Shown here piece by piece: positions 1 to 11,911 of a DNA stretch of 64,000 nt; positions within the stretch are counted from its first letter, which is position 1; the number at the start of each line of letters is the position of its first letter. Under the pieces are notes generated by a model that ran no database searches, was not told where the DNA came from, and saw only the letters and a list, made by a program, of their open reading frames with translations. The translations under genes and the position numbers were made by a program. Source of the DNA: Octopus bimaculoides (Eukaryota); assembly GCF_001194135.2 (NCBI RefSeq), contig NC_068983.1, forward strand, positions 29,271,254 through 29,335,253, in the 5' to 3' direction.

Positions 1-41
<41 letters not shown>

Positions 42-271
42 AAGTATATGTATGTGTTTGTGTGTCTGTGTTTGTCCCCCAACATCGCTTAACAACCGAT
101 GCTGGTGTGTTTACGTCCCTGTAACTTAGCAGTTTGGCAAAAGCGACCGATAGAATAAGTATTAGGCTTACAAAGAATAAGTCCCGAAGTCGATTTGCTC
201 GACTAAAAGGCGGTGCTCCAGCATGGCCACAGTCAAATGACTGAAACAAGTAAAAGAGCAAAATAAATATT

Positions 272-940
272 AGTTTCAAATTTTGGCGCAAGGCCAACAA
301 TTTCGAGGGAGAGGCTAATTCGATTAAATCGACCCCAGTGTTCAACTGGTTTTTGTTTTATCGATCCCAAACGGATGAAAGACAAAGTAAACCTAGGCAG
401 AATTTGAATTCAGAACATGAAGACAGACGAAATGCCGCCAAGCATTTTGCCCGGCGTGCTAACAATTCTGCCAGCTCGCCGCTTTATTAAAACTTTAATA
501 AAAGTTTCAAATTTTAGCACAAGGCCAACAATTTCGGGATAGCGGGTAAGTTGATTATATCGACTCAAGTGTTCAATCGGTACTTATTTTATCGACCCCG
601 AAAGGATGAAAGACAAAGTGAACCTCGGCGGAATTTGAACTCAGAATGTAAAGACGGATGAAATGCCGCTAAGTATTTTGCCCGGCGCGGTAACGATTCT
701 GCCAGCTCGCCACTTTTATTAAAACATTAATAACAACTATAGAACAATACTGATTTCAAATGTTGGCACAAGGCCAGCAATTTCGGGGCGGGGCTAAGTT
801 GATTGCATACTTACTTTATCGACCCCTAAAGGATGAAAAGCAAAGTCGACCTCGGCGAAATTTGAACTCAGGACCTGAAGACGGACGAAATTCCTATAAG
901 CATTTAGCTCGGCGTGCTAACGATTCTGCCAGCTCGTGCC
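272..940 (-). mobile_element. Three head-to-tail SINE-B variant copies
   Basis: Units of about 230 bp at 272-485, 504-715 and 755-940. Confidence 0.85.
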
Positions 941-960
941 TTCACTATAGAACAATATTA

Positions 961-1467
961 GGTGCTACTTCGGCGTGTGATCTACAATTTGAAGTTAGAT
1001 TACTTTAGGTTACATTTTCGTTTACTCTTCAATTTCCAATTTTTTTAATAAATTCTTCTGTACATTGTAAATGTATTTTTTCAAAATTCTTACTATTTTA
1101 ATAATAATATAACCATGTTCCATTTACGTCTTAATAATAAGAAACCAAGAATAAACAATATGGTAATTAAAATAAACGCGTAGATCATACAAGTTGTGTC
1201 GCCAGTTTTGCAATGTAAAGTTGGCAAAATTTCACCGTTTTCCCCTTCTCTTCGAGCTTCCTTCATTTCTCCACCACAACGATGACATGGTGCAACATTT
1301 TCTTCATCATCTAAAAGGCCATTTCTTCGTAAAAATGCAACTGCCTTCGTCTCGTCGCTGATCACATTGTAAAACATCTTAAGGGTTTTTAGAAATTGTA
1401 AAACAAACTAAAACATAACCTAAAGCAATCTCCCTTTAAATTGTACATCACACGCCAAGGTAGCACC
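961..1467 (-). mobile_element. Non-autonomous Merlin (IS1016/ISXO2-like) DNA transposon
   Basis: About 65-bp imperfect TIRs starting GGTGCTAC; 8-bp TSD CAATATTA/CAATGTTA; internal ORF 1190-1377 (DETKAVAFLRRNGLL...CHRCGGEM...LHC) resembles the Merlin transposase N-terminus; no DDE domain. Confidence 0.8.
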
Positions 1468-2899
1468 CAATGTTAATATAACATTAATATATTAATTAAA
1501 AAAATTATTTTGTTTTCTTCTAGATCAACGCCGATCATGCAGATCTATGATCAAAAGTACTGTAGCTCATCTAATGTGTCCTTTTCTCGATTAAGACAGA
1601 AGGGTGCAATATGGGGGAAATTTGGGTCGTATTTCTGGAAGATTGAGTGACACATAAAGCTCCCTTGTGAGGAAAAGAGAATTATCAGGACTCTACTTCA
1701 TTCATAAAAGTCAATATACGAACTGTGTTGGCTATTTTTCTGGGACAAATATGTGAAAAATGTTCAAACACACAGAAACAAGATACCGTACATACCAACA
1801 ACACATACCAATAAAATATAGAGAAAGAGACATAAACATGCGTAAAAGTATGAATAACAGTGTAAATAAATACAACGTCGCTTGTTAGAGTTGCTTGTTA
1901 AGGAGAATACAAGATATTTGCAAAGTACAAAGTATAATGTGAAACGAATCTTGAGAGTGTTTCAAACGATGACTTAACGACATATATATTGAAAAATGAA
2001 ACTCAGTAATGGTTTACTAGTTCGCTTTGGGGTTACACTCAAGATGACTAACGTACAATGGGTGTTTGTAATCAACAAAACTAATATTTTTCTTAACAAA
2101 TAGAATCAGCTCAAATTTAGAGGATGAACTAAATATTTCGTTTTTTAATTCGTTTTACAAGAATTTTGATGCTCAGACACATGGTTCTGGGTTCAGTCGC
2201 ACGTGACACCTTACGTAAGTGTCTTCTACTATAGCCTCGGGCCGACGAAAGTTTCGAGAGTGGATTTGACAGGCGGAAACTGAAAGAAGCCCATCGCGCG
2301 CGCGCGCGCATGTAGTTGTATTTGTCTCTCACCACCGCTCGACAAGCGGTACTGGTTTGTTTATGTGCCCGTAATCTGGCGATTCGGCATAAGAAACCGA
2401 TAGAATAAGAACGGGAATCGATTCGTTCGACTAAAATCCTTCACGGCATTGTTCTAGCATGGCCACAGTCCAATGACTAACATAAGTACTTTACAAATTA
2501 AAAGACAAAACACGCGCACTGATTGTAATTCACTTCAGTTTCATTGTTAACTAATCGATTGATAAATGAATTAATCATTAGTTTTTCATAGTTTTCGTTA
2601 CACTGTTGTGGTTCTTTTAATGTTTTCAATCATTCTACAACTCATTTTCTTTCCCTTTTTGTAGATACTATTTATCAATTGTCATGTGTACGTTGTCAGG
2701 CATGCGTATGTTGTTATGTAACTGTTTTGTTTACAGTGAATCCGTTTCTCTTTTTTTTTTGTATTCATCTGCTTGTTTTTGTTTGTCTTTGTTGGTGCCA
2801 ATATGAGAACGAATGTGTGTGTGAGTAGTTTGTAGTTCGTATGTAGTTAGTGGGTATGTCTGTGGTTTTTATATGTTTGTAGCTGATTTTATTTGATTT

Positions 2900-3560
2900 T
2901 TTAAATCTTATTTCATCCTCATTAATGTGATAGTAGGGGAGGGCGAATAGTTGAATATGAGTGTGTTGAGAAACCATTTCCCGTAGGTGTACTGCTTCTG
3001 TAACCTTTTGGAGTATCACATCTTTCGGATATACGGAAATAATTTTCACTTCAGCATTGTTGCTTTTCATCATACTCCAGTCCTTTTGCTGCTACTACTA
3101 GCCATTTTTCCTACATAGGTTATGGTGCTGTCTTAACACTATCTTTCTATGCACTTCATGTAGCACACTACATCCTTAGTTTTACAGTTTATCTATGGAC
3201 TGGCTGGGCACACGACAGTTATTGTTTCAGGGTTTTTTTCTCAAATTAGTATGACTTATATAAAAGTGACACTGTGGCTCAACTTATTTGATGTTTTAAA
3301 AATAATTTTGTAAAGTTCTTTCTTATATTCGTGGACCCGTTCACCTCCAGGTGCAGTGTCAGTGAATACCACATCTTGGAATTTGTTGTCATACTAAGAG
3401 CCGTCCTTTTAAATTGTTCCAAGATTTGCTCCAGTATACAGGGCATACGCCATTTGCATCACTGCTGAAGATCTTTTCAAAAGATAATGTGAGGACGCTA
3501 CCACAACTTATATAAGCGAAAGAATTGGAGTGCTTGAAAAGACATATATCCGTACTCAAC
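2900..3560 (-). mobile_element. Decayed Penelope-like element, GIY-YIG fragment
   Basis: INCKTKDVVCYMKC...TYVGK at about 3100-3190, with in-frame stops. Confidence 0.45.
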
Positions 3561-4462
3561 CACTATGTAATACAGAAACACAACGGATCAATAAACACTG
3601 CTGAAATAAAAATAATTTCTACACACTGGCTCTTTCATTATCATCATCATTTAAAGTCCATATTCCATGCTGGTATGGGTTAGACGGTTCAACAGGATCC
3701 GATTAGGTTGGGAGGTGTGTTACTTTCCAATGTCTGCTTTGGCGGTGTTTCCTCGGTTGGGTGCCTTTCCTAACATCAACAATTTAACAGAATGTGCTGG
3801 GTATGTTTTTCGTGGAACCAGCACTAAATGTGTGTGTGTGTGTGTGTGTGTGTGTGTNNNNNNNNNNNNNNNNNNNNNNNNNNNNNNNNNNNNNNNNNNN
3901 NNNNNNNNNNNNNNNNNNNNNNNNNNNNNNNNNNNNNNNNNNNNNNNNNNNNNNNNNNNNNNNNNNNNNNNNNNNNNNNNNNNNNNNNNNNNNNNNNNNN
4001 NNNNNNNNNNNNNNNNNNNNNNNNNNNNNNNNNNNNNNNNNNNNNNNNNNNNNNNNNNNNNNNNNNNNNNNNNNNNNNNNNNNNNNNNNNNNNNNNNNNN
4101 NNNNNNNNNNNNNNNNNNNNNNNNNNNNNNNNNNNNNNNNNNNNNNNNNNNNNNNNNNNNNNNNNNNNNNNNNNNNNNNNNNNNNNNNNNNNNNNNNNNN
4201 NNNNNNNNNNNNNNNNNNNNNNNNNNNNNNNNNNNNNNNNNNNNNNNNNNNNNNNNNNNNNNNNNNNNNNNNNNNNNNNNNNNNNNNNNNNNNNNNNNNN
4301 NNNNNNNNNNNNNNNNNNNNNNNNNNNNNNNNNNNNNNNNNNNNNNNNNNNNNNNNNNNNNNNNNNNNNNNNNNNNNNNNNGTCCGCTTTCCATGCTGGC
4401 ATGGGTTGGACGGTTTGACATGGAGGTGGCTAGCAGGGGAGCTGTCCACACTCCATCTGTCT

Positions 4463-4692
4463 AATTTCTTTACTGCTCACAAGGGGCTACACACAGAGGG
4501 GACAAACAAGGACAGACAAACGAATTAAGTCGATTATATCGACCCCAGTGCGTAACTGGTACTTATTTAATCGACCCCTAATGGATGAAAGGCAAAGTCG
4601 ACCTCGGCGGAATATGAACTCAGAACGTAGCGGCAGACGAAATACTGCTAAGCATTTCGCCCGGCGTGCTAACGTTTCTGCCAGCTCCTCGC
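4463..4692 (-). mobile_element. SINE family B (tRNA head plus GCCTTTCATCCTTTCGGGGTCGATAAA central domain), 18-bp TSD
   Basis: Flanked by TCCACACTCCATCTGTCT at 4445-4462 and 4693-4710. The central block resembles the Deu/Nin-type SINE domain (recalled). Other copies at 272-940, 6340-6530, 9810-10500, 21830-21950, 29000-29200, 50558-50700, 56300-56520, 62327-62680. Confidence 0.88.
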
Positions 4693-5102
4693 TCCACACT
4701 CCATCTGTCTGCTGTAGCATGGTTTCTACAGCTGGATGCCCTACCTAACGCCAACCACTAAACAGAGTGTGCTGGGTGCTTTTTTAATGTGCCTCCAGCA
4801 CGAGTGCGTTTACGTAGCACCGACACGGGTACGTTTACGCAGTGCTTTTTAAGTGACACCGGCACCTGAAAGATAAGCTTGTATGTGTAGAAGATGGCGG
4901 TTTTACTTAGCGTGACGCATCTTAACAAGTACAACAAATCGCCACATCTCTCGGCCCCTTGTCATTTCCTCAGTGAGGAATGTTATTCCCTGTGACATAT
5001 TTCATCCGGTTTAATCGTGATTTATACGCATATATTGTTTATATAATAAATTACGCTGTGCGTATCTATGTGTGTAACAATTTTAGAGTTCGGATTCTAG
5101 AG

Positions 5103-5186
5103 TTAGGGTTAGTTTTAGGGTTAGGGTTAGGGTTAGGGTTAACAGTCTAGTTAGGGTTAGGGTTAGGGTTAGGGTTAAGGTTAGGG
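5103..5186 (+). repeat. Interstitial (TTAGGG)n tract
   Basis: About 11 perfect or near-perfect TTAGGG units interrupted by AACAGTCTAG. Confidence 0.95.
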
Positions 5187-6649
5187 GATTAATACGATAT
5201 ACACCGTTACAGCGCTGTTTTCAACTGAATAGACGTCAGTGATTAGTAGAAATTATCGAAATAAGACAATTTTTTACATGAAATAAATTCGAATACAAAT
5301 TTTTTTTTCTGTTCTATAACACAAAATAGATAAGTATACGAAGTTTGAAAGTCTTTCGGTAGCAAAAACACTACATAAAACATAAATGAAAACTGGTGCC
5401 CCCGTTTTGAACAAGATCCGATAAATATGTTCACACACATGGACAGAGAGAAGTGGAAGGAAGGAAGGAAAAAAGAAAGAAAAAAAGAAGCAAGGGAGAG
5501 AGAGAAGAGGAAGAAAGAGAGAAAAGGGGAGGGAGAGATAAAGAGAGGGAAAAACGTTAAAACGTCTGATATTAAAATAAGTCAGCGTCAAATCAGCGCC
5601 GCCAAAACAGCTATGCCAAAAGGTTTCATACTCTTTCCCTTCAAAGTTCGGTATCAAGAACAGACAGACTTTCGTTGGGACATTTGAACGTGTAGTTAAT
5701 GGTCACGTTGTCACATTGATGCTCTGAGAGCTAGAATTTGCTATGTGCTGCATGCTTTCCATAGTATTTTTTTACTAATACCTTGATGTCATTTTGTGGG
5801 GCTGTCTTAATCACAAGGTTTATGTTGTCGACATACCGAGAGAACACACATTATCACATAATGGAGGGAATGGATCTCTCCATTATTCACTATCTGAGTC
5901 GCATATCTCATTATGAAGAAGCTGACAGCCTCTAGTGATACCAACTCCACCCCCGACTAGAAATAACAGCCAAATCTCCCTACAGTCTCATAAGAAAAAA
6001 AGACACATACTGAATATTGTAATGCTTGGTGGTAAAATATTAAGTTGTACCGATTATGATGTGAATACCTTTTATTATAGATTTGCTTGGTCAGGACCGA
6101 TCTGGAGCTAAACAACCAAGACAAAAACCACAACAGCAATAACTACTACTAGAGTGCCGCCATGTAATTAATCGGCCTGCTAGAAATAGCTGTCAAATCT
6201 CTCACATATTAGACGTTCATCCTGGATATTTTGAATATACTAATCTCAGATCCATTATGTCTGAAAAACTGACGGAGATGATAAATCAGAATGCCTACGA
6301 TTCAACAACTATATCATTTATGCTGTCTGCTACGGTGGCGAGGTGGCAAAATCGTTAGCAAGCCTGACGGTATTTCTTCTGGGTTTTATAATCTGAGTTC
6401 AAGTTCCGAGGTCGGCTTCGCCTTTCATCATTTAGAAGTCGATAAAATAAGTATCAATTGAGCACTGAGGATGATGTAATTGCATATTCACCACCACCCT
6501 GCAACAATGTTCAAGTCTAGTGCCTAAAGTAGAAAGAATTATTTATAACTGGCTTCTAGAATATTTTATATTTCATAAAACTCTTCAAACCTCGTTGGGT
6601 TGTATGAGTATCACATATATTAATTAAATATAGTGGTTAATTAAATATA

Positions 6650-7050
6650 GGCGCACGAGTGGTTGTGTGGTAAGTAGCTTGCTTACCAACCACATGGTTC
6701 CGGGTTCAGTCCCATTGCGTGACGCCTTGGGCAAGTGTTTTCCACTATAGCCTCAGGCCGACCAAAGCCTTGTGAGTGGATTTGGTAGACGGAAATTGAA
6801 AGAAGCCCGTCGTATATATGTATATATATATATGTGTGTGTATGTTTGTATGTCTTTGTCCCCCCCCCCCAACATCGCTTGACGACCGATGCTGGTGTGT
6901 TTGTGTCCCCGTAACTTAGCGGTTCGGCAAAAGAGACCGATAGAATAAGTACTAGGCTTCCAAAGAATAAGTCCTGGGGTCGATTTGCTCGACTAAAGGC
7001 GGTGCTCCAGCATGGCCGCAGTCAAATGACAGAAACAAGTAAAAGAGTAA
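6650..7050 (+). mobile_element. SINE family A, full-length reference copy (tRNA-like head, internal (TA)n(TG)n, TAAAAGAG tail)
   Basis: A-box GTGGTTGTGTGG, B-box GGTTCAGTCCC. Near-identical copies: + at 1-259, 2165-2487, 15080-15504, 20148-20400, 22410-22845, 28224-28626, 32880-33030, 34190-34375, 38992-39377, 45197-45552, 52180-52420; - at 24740-24996, 25565-25918, 26312-27481, 30468-30727, 33709-34142, 56852-57247. Confidence 0.92.
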
Positions 7051-7464
7051 TAGTGGTTAAACAAGTCAATTTTCTGAAAAAGAATCAACATTATGAGAGA
7101 GGAAAAGAACATCTTAACTCTACCTTCCTGACTGAAACATTTTTGCAATACATTCCTTGTGACACACAACTTTTGACAGAACTTATCTTACAAATGATTG
7201 TTTCATTTGACTAGCAATGCATCTCTCTCTCACGCACTCGCACAAATACACTCTTTTTCTTCCTCTCTATCTATGCCTGGCTTTTCTCTTTATCTTTTTA
7301 ACATGTTCAATCTCTATCTTTTTGTCTATCTATTCATCATATGCCCTCTCAATAACTTTCATATCTATGCTTTCGTTTCTCCTCTTACTTTTTCTATTTC
7401 CTCATCTCTCTCCATTTCCTCACGTATTTCCTTTATCACATTTTTGTTATCTTTCTCGCCCGCG

Positions 7465-7495
<31 letters not shown>

Positions 7496-8561
7496 CTTCA
7501 CTTTTTTATCCCTTTTCTTTCTAATCTATCTTTCACATAATCTCTTACTCTCCCCCTCTTTCTCTCTCTAACTTCCCTCCACTTTCTTTCGTATCTCCTT
7601 TATCACAATTTCATTCTCACACTTTTACTCTTTTTCTATCTAACTCACGTAATCTCTCCCTTCTCTTTGCACACTCTTACCTCTCATATAATTTCGGACA
7701 CTTCTCCCATTTATTCCATTCATATTCTCTTACTTTTATCACCTCCTCTCCGTCTTTCTTTCTCTCTCTCTCTCCCCTTCATTCATCCCCTCTTTCCCCA
7801 CATTTTCACGCACATACATACATACATACATACATACGTACATATATAAATACATACATACGTACACGCACACCATTATCTCTCAGATTGGCCAATCTTT
7901 TCCCTCTCATCGATGTCTCTACCTTTCAGCTATCTCTCTCTAATAAAACCATATAAACCTGGTTAATCTAAGTTCAAAAGTAAATTATCTCGAATATCGT
8001 TAGATAGAGTAATTAATAACAAGGTTCGGTTAGATATTACTGCCTTCTTAAACAAAAAAAAACTATCTTTATAAATACAAAATATACATAAACGTTTATT
8101 TACACAATACACCTTGCTGGTCTGAAATTTTGATAATCACAAAAGTGCGCCAGTTGACTAATTCTAGGTCAAATCTGATCGAGCAAACGTTAACGGTTAA
8201 ATTGTAATTGGTATTAAGTTTGGATAAGGCTGTGTCATAAGCTGAGAAGAAAGACTGCGGAAGGTTGAGTGTTGCATGGTTGGTAATTTCAGGATATTTG
8301 GAAAATAATTGACATTAGATAGTTTATAACTTTTCATAGTCTTCCTTGGTTTTACTAAAGAATTATGTATATCATTGTATAATATATTTTGCGTGTTCGT
8401 TCGTAGAAGTAATAAAAGAAACCAAACTTTAAAATAGCAGTGGGACTTTCCTTCCTAAAATGGTACAGAGGATCAAAGCAAGAAACATTACAAGTTCTAT
8501 TAGCTGTTCTTCCATCGTTTTGATAATTCATCTTGGGTCGTCATTGGTTACATGGGCTCCG

Positions 8562-8613
<52 letters not shown>

Positions 8614-8740
8614 ATTCTCCTCTAAAAAAAGCCAAGACCAGCATAACTCGCCTCGATGAAAAACTCTTACCCCTCTACTCGTAAATAATTAGTCGCACCT
8701 ATTTATCGGAAAAATTCTGGATTAGTCGTTTGAAATATAT

Positions 8741-8783
8741 TACGCGCAACGTGATTGGACCTTCGATCCAATTCCCGCGCAAC
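8741..8783. promoter_or_regulatory. Possible promoter: two CGCGCAAC motifs (one in an E2F-like TTCCCGCGC) around ATTGG and CCAAT boxes
   Basis: Motifs seen in repeat-free, CpG-retaining DNA; function inferred only. Confidence 0.3.
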
Positions 8784-9809
8784 ACTAATCACAGCACAAG
8801 ACTCAACAAATGTCCTTTAACTGATATGATAAGTATTTTAACCAATAATAATAGAAATTGGGCTTGCTGCAATAGCTTTTATTTAACCAGTACGAAGTTT
8901 ATCACAACTGCGACGAGTTAAGCGTAATACATGTCATTTTTGTTAGAGAATTTCTTGTGTTAGGTTAACTATTAAGTTAATGAGAATAAGACTGATACAA
9001 AGGCTCGTGCATGGGTTACCACTGACAGCAAGTTAGTCGTCTTCGGCAGAGGAAAGAGAGAGACAGAGAGGGGTGGGGATCAACAGCAATAGAATTTCCA
9101 TTTTAACTGTCTGAAATCTCGGACAGGAAGGAGAGGGTGAAAGTAATGTTACCTCTTTGACAGCTACCGCCGAGTAGACAGAGAGACATGTTACCTCCCT
9201 CACAGCCGTCGAGAGTATGTTTTTGTACAGATGAATCAAATTTAGACCTATCCTAAAGCTGAACTAGATCATTGACAGCGAAATTCGATGAACTTTGTAT
9301 GCCCTTGGTGGCGAATTTGATAGGTGACGCAATTAAATTCTGAATATGGATTCGTAGAACAAAGGACAGAAGTATGAAAAGACCCAAGTTTCGATTTCTC
9401 TCTCTCTCTCTCTCTCTCTCTCCCTCTCTCTTACAAACCTATAATCAAAGGTATTCCAATTATGACCAGCCAGTCCCGTATTCTTTTTTTGTGGTGGTTG
9501 GGTATCTACGACTACCAGTGTCTGATATGCCCTTCTGTTCTGTAAGACGTTAGGATACGATTTAAGGGAAATTCGATTGTTATTTCAAGCAAATCAGCTG
9601 ACCACTAGAACTCTCTCATTGAAGGTGTTCGAGGTGTCATTGTTGCTGCTTAGCCTCAGGCGCAATCTTTCGTTTCTAGATCAAAAGGTGAAATTGAAAC
9701 ACGTCCAAATATCTGTAAATCTTCGTACATAATGGGCAATGCGTAAATCTTCGTACAATTCAATAAATCAAATATTTTTGTTTTCATATTTTAATATTAG
9801 GAGGATGCT

Positions 9810-10500
9810 TAAGGCGGCGAGCAGGCATAATCGTCACCGCAACGGGCAAAATGCTTGGCGGCATTTCGTCCGTCTTTACGTTCTGAGTTCAAATGTCGCC
9901 GGGGTCGACTTTAATTTTCATCCTTTGGGTTGATAAAATAAGTACCAGTTAAGCACTGAGGTCGATGTAACCGACTGATCCCCCACCCCGAAGTTGCTGG
10001 CCTTGTGCAAAAATTTGAAACCAATATTAGTAGAACGGTTAAGGCGACGATCTGACAGAATCATTAACACATCGGACAAAATGCTCAGCTGCATTTCTTT
10101 CGGCTCCCTACGTTTTGAGTGCAAATTCCGTCGAGGTTAACTTTGCCTTCCATGCAGTCGAGATCAAAAAAATAGTACCAGTTGAGCAGTGGGATCGATA
10201 TAACCGACAATCCCCTTTCATTAAAATTGCTGGCTTTGAGCCAAAATTTTAGCTAATATTAGTGGGGCGGTGAATTGGTAGAATTGTTAGAGCGTCGAAC
10301 AAAATATTTTGCAGAATTTTTTCCGGTCTTCGTTCTGAGTTCAAAACCCACCGAGATTAACTCTGCCTTTCAACCATCTAGGTACAATAAAGTACCAGTC
10401 TAGAGCGGTTAAAGTGGTTAAACCGTTAGCGTGTCGGATAAATTACCTTGCGGTATTGTTCCTGATCTTTGTCTTCAAAGTTCAAATCCAGCCATGACCT
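9810..10500 (+). mobile_element. Four head-to-tail degenerate SINE-B variant copies
   Basis: Units start about 9810, 10040, 10265 and 10405. Confidence 0.8.
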
Positions 10501-11845
10501 ATTTGGGTGATAGGCTTAATCAGATGCCCGGTTTAACACCACCACCTGATCGTTGGATGCTTTTAGCGGAAACAAATCTGGTATAAGCATTTGTGCAAGG
10601 TCTCTGCTTGGAGGATAGCTTCTCTTTCCCTCGGTCACACCAGTCGGTGGGAGGTGGGGTTTGAAAACGGCCATAGGCACTGCCCTTCTCACTTCATTCA
10701 GCAATGAAACAAAAATAGAAGGACACGTCCAAGAACGAAATCCAAGATACACTTCTAAACAAAAAAATACGCAGTTGGTCCTCACGATAGGCTGTTTTTG
10801 CGTGCCAAGTGCATAATCAAGTTTTGAATGTCACAAAATACATAAACCAATGAACGACAGCACGAGAAATTCGACAGCCCAATTATCCAACAGGTAAAAC
10901 GTCTCTGAATTCATTCTAATCTTTTTATATTTTGGAATATGAAATTAATTCCAAATAGTTTCTAATTTAGATCTGATATAATGAATTTTGAAACCAGTTT
11001 AAATTCAGCGGTGTCTTTTGAGCAACTCTCTCACGATTCTGCTAATTTGATGATAGATTGTTATTTGATGGAAGCTTAGTTGTTGTTTATTCTAGGTTAC
11101 GGGAGTGTGGAGAGTAGTCATGAGCAAACTGCGACCCACAGTACTTTCAGAATAGCATGTCAACGAAAAATTAGTTTGAATTCCTTTTAGTAATGCGACC
11201 CGCCTGATGATGAGTCATCTTTCATGTTGCCTGATTCTCGATAAAGGTTGTCCATACCAAGTGTCTGAAGAACCCTCATCGGCTCGTGCACGCTAATTGC
11301 TGCTGCTTCTGCGATCGTCGCTGTCGTCGTCATCATCGTTGCTGTTTAGTTCCAGGATAGCTGTAATCCCGCTTCACAGTCCTATATATTGTCAAAACCT
11401 CTTCAGTTGTGACAACCTCACTGTGATTTTATGATAATAAATCGAGGACTACATTATACGGGTCTTTTCAGCTTGGCTTACAGAGTCCAGTCTTTCTGAA
11501 ATCTCAATATGCCCTTTCAGTTTTGAAAACGGCCGTGTGATCTGAGGAGTATTTGACTGCTATTTCTAACAGGCCAAGCGACTACATATAGTTTTTATCA
11601 TTAGCTCATGCACATTGATGAACGACCGCAGCGGCAACCATACAACGAAGATTTTTCGTCATGGAGCAATTTTTCGTCATAAAACTTTAACTTTATATTT
11701 ATTGTCGGACATGATATTTGCGTTTGTTACCTGCAATGAAAAATGCTAATAATACAACTGCCAACTGGGAAGAGAGAAGACCGCATTTCTGTATCCGTAG
11801 CAAACTCCCTGTCGGACATCGTGTGAATGGTTAGAATCGGTCTGT

Positions 11846-11911
11846 CTGAGTACCCGAAGTCGTCTGCGCAAATGTCCAAAGCCGTCTGCTCGAATACCCA
11901 AAGTCGTCTGC
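11846..11911. repeat. Three degenerate 22-bp tandem units ending CGTCTGC
   Basis: CTGAGTACCCGAAGTCGTCTGC / GCAAATGTCCAAAGCCGTCTGC / TCGAATACCCAAAGTCGTCTGC. Confidence 0.85.

Noticed and set aside
875-890. CTGAAGA..GAAA
   Set aside because: No stem II; a mutated part of a SINE-B copy.
3667-4528. Long ORFs in the track spanning N runs (also 23267, 26698, 34423, 49526, 61677)
   Set aside because: Artefacts of untranslatable gaps.
5103-5186. True chromosome end
   Set aside because: Short, interrupted and internal to continuous sequence.
8430-8520. Short minus-strand ORF MEEQLIELVMFLALILCTILG resembling a signal peptide
   Set aside because: Stops after 28 codons, has no good donor and no linked exons.
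11196-11250. CTGATGA followed by a GAGTC/GATTC hairpin
   Set aside because: GAAA is absent and stem I would need a 3-nt bulge at the core.
11846-11911. 22-bp repeats as a CRISPR-like array
   Set aside because: Units are contiguous without spacers, the DNA is eukaryotic, and no cas genes are present.
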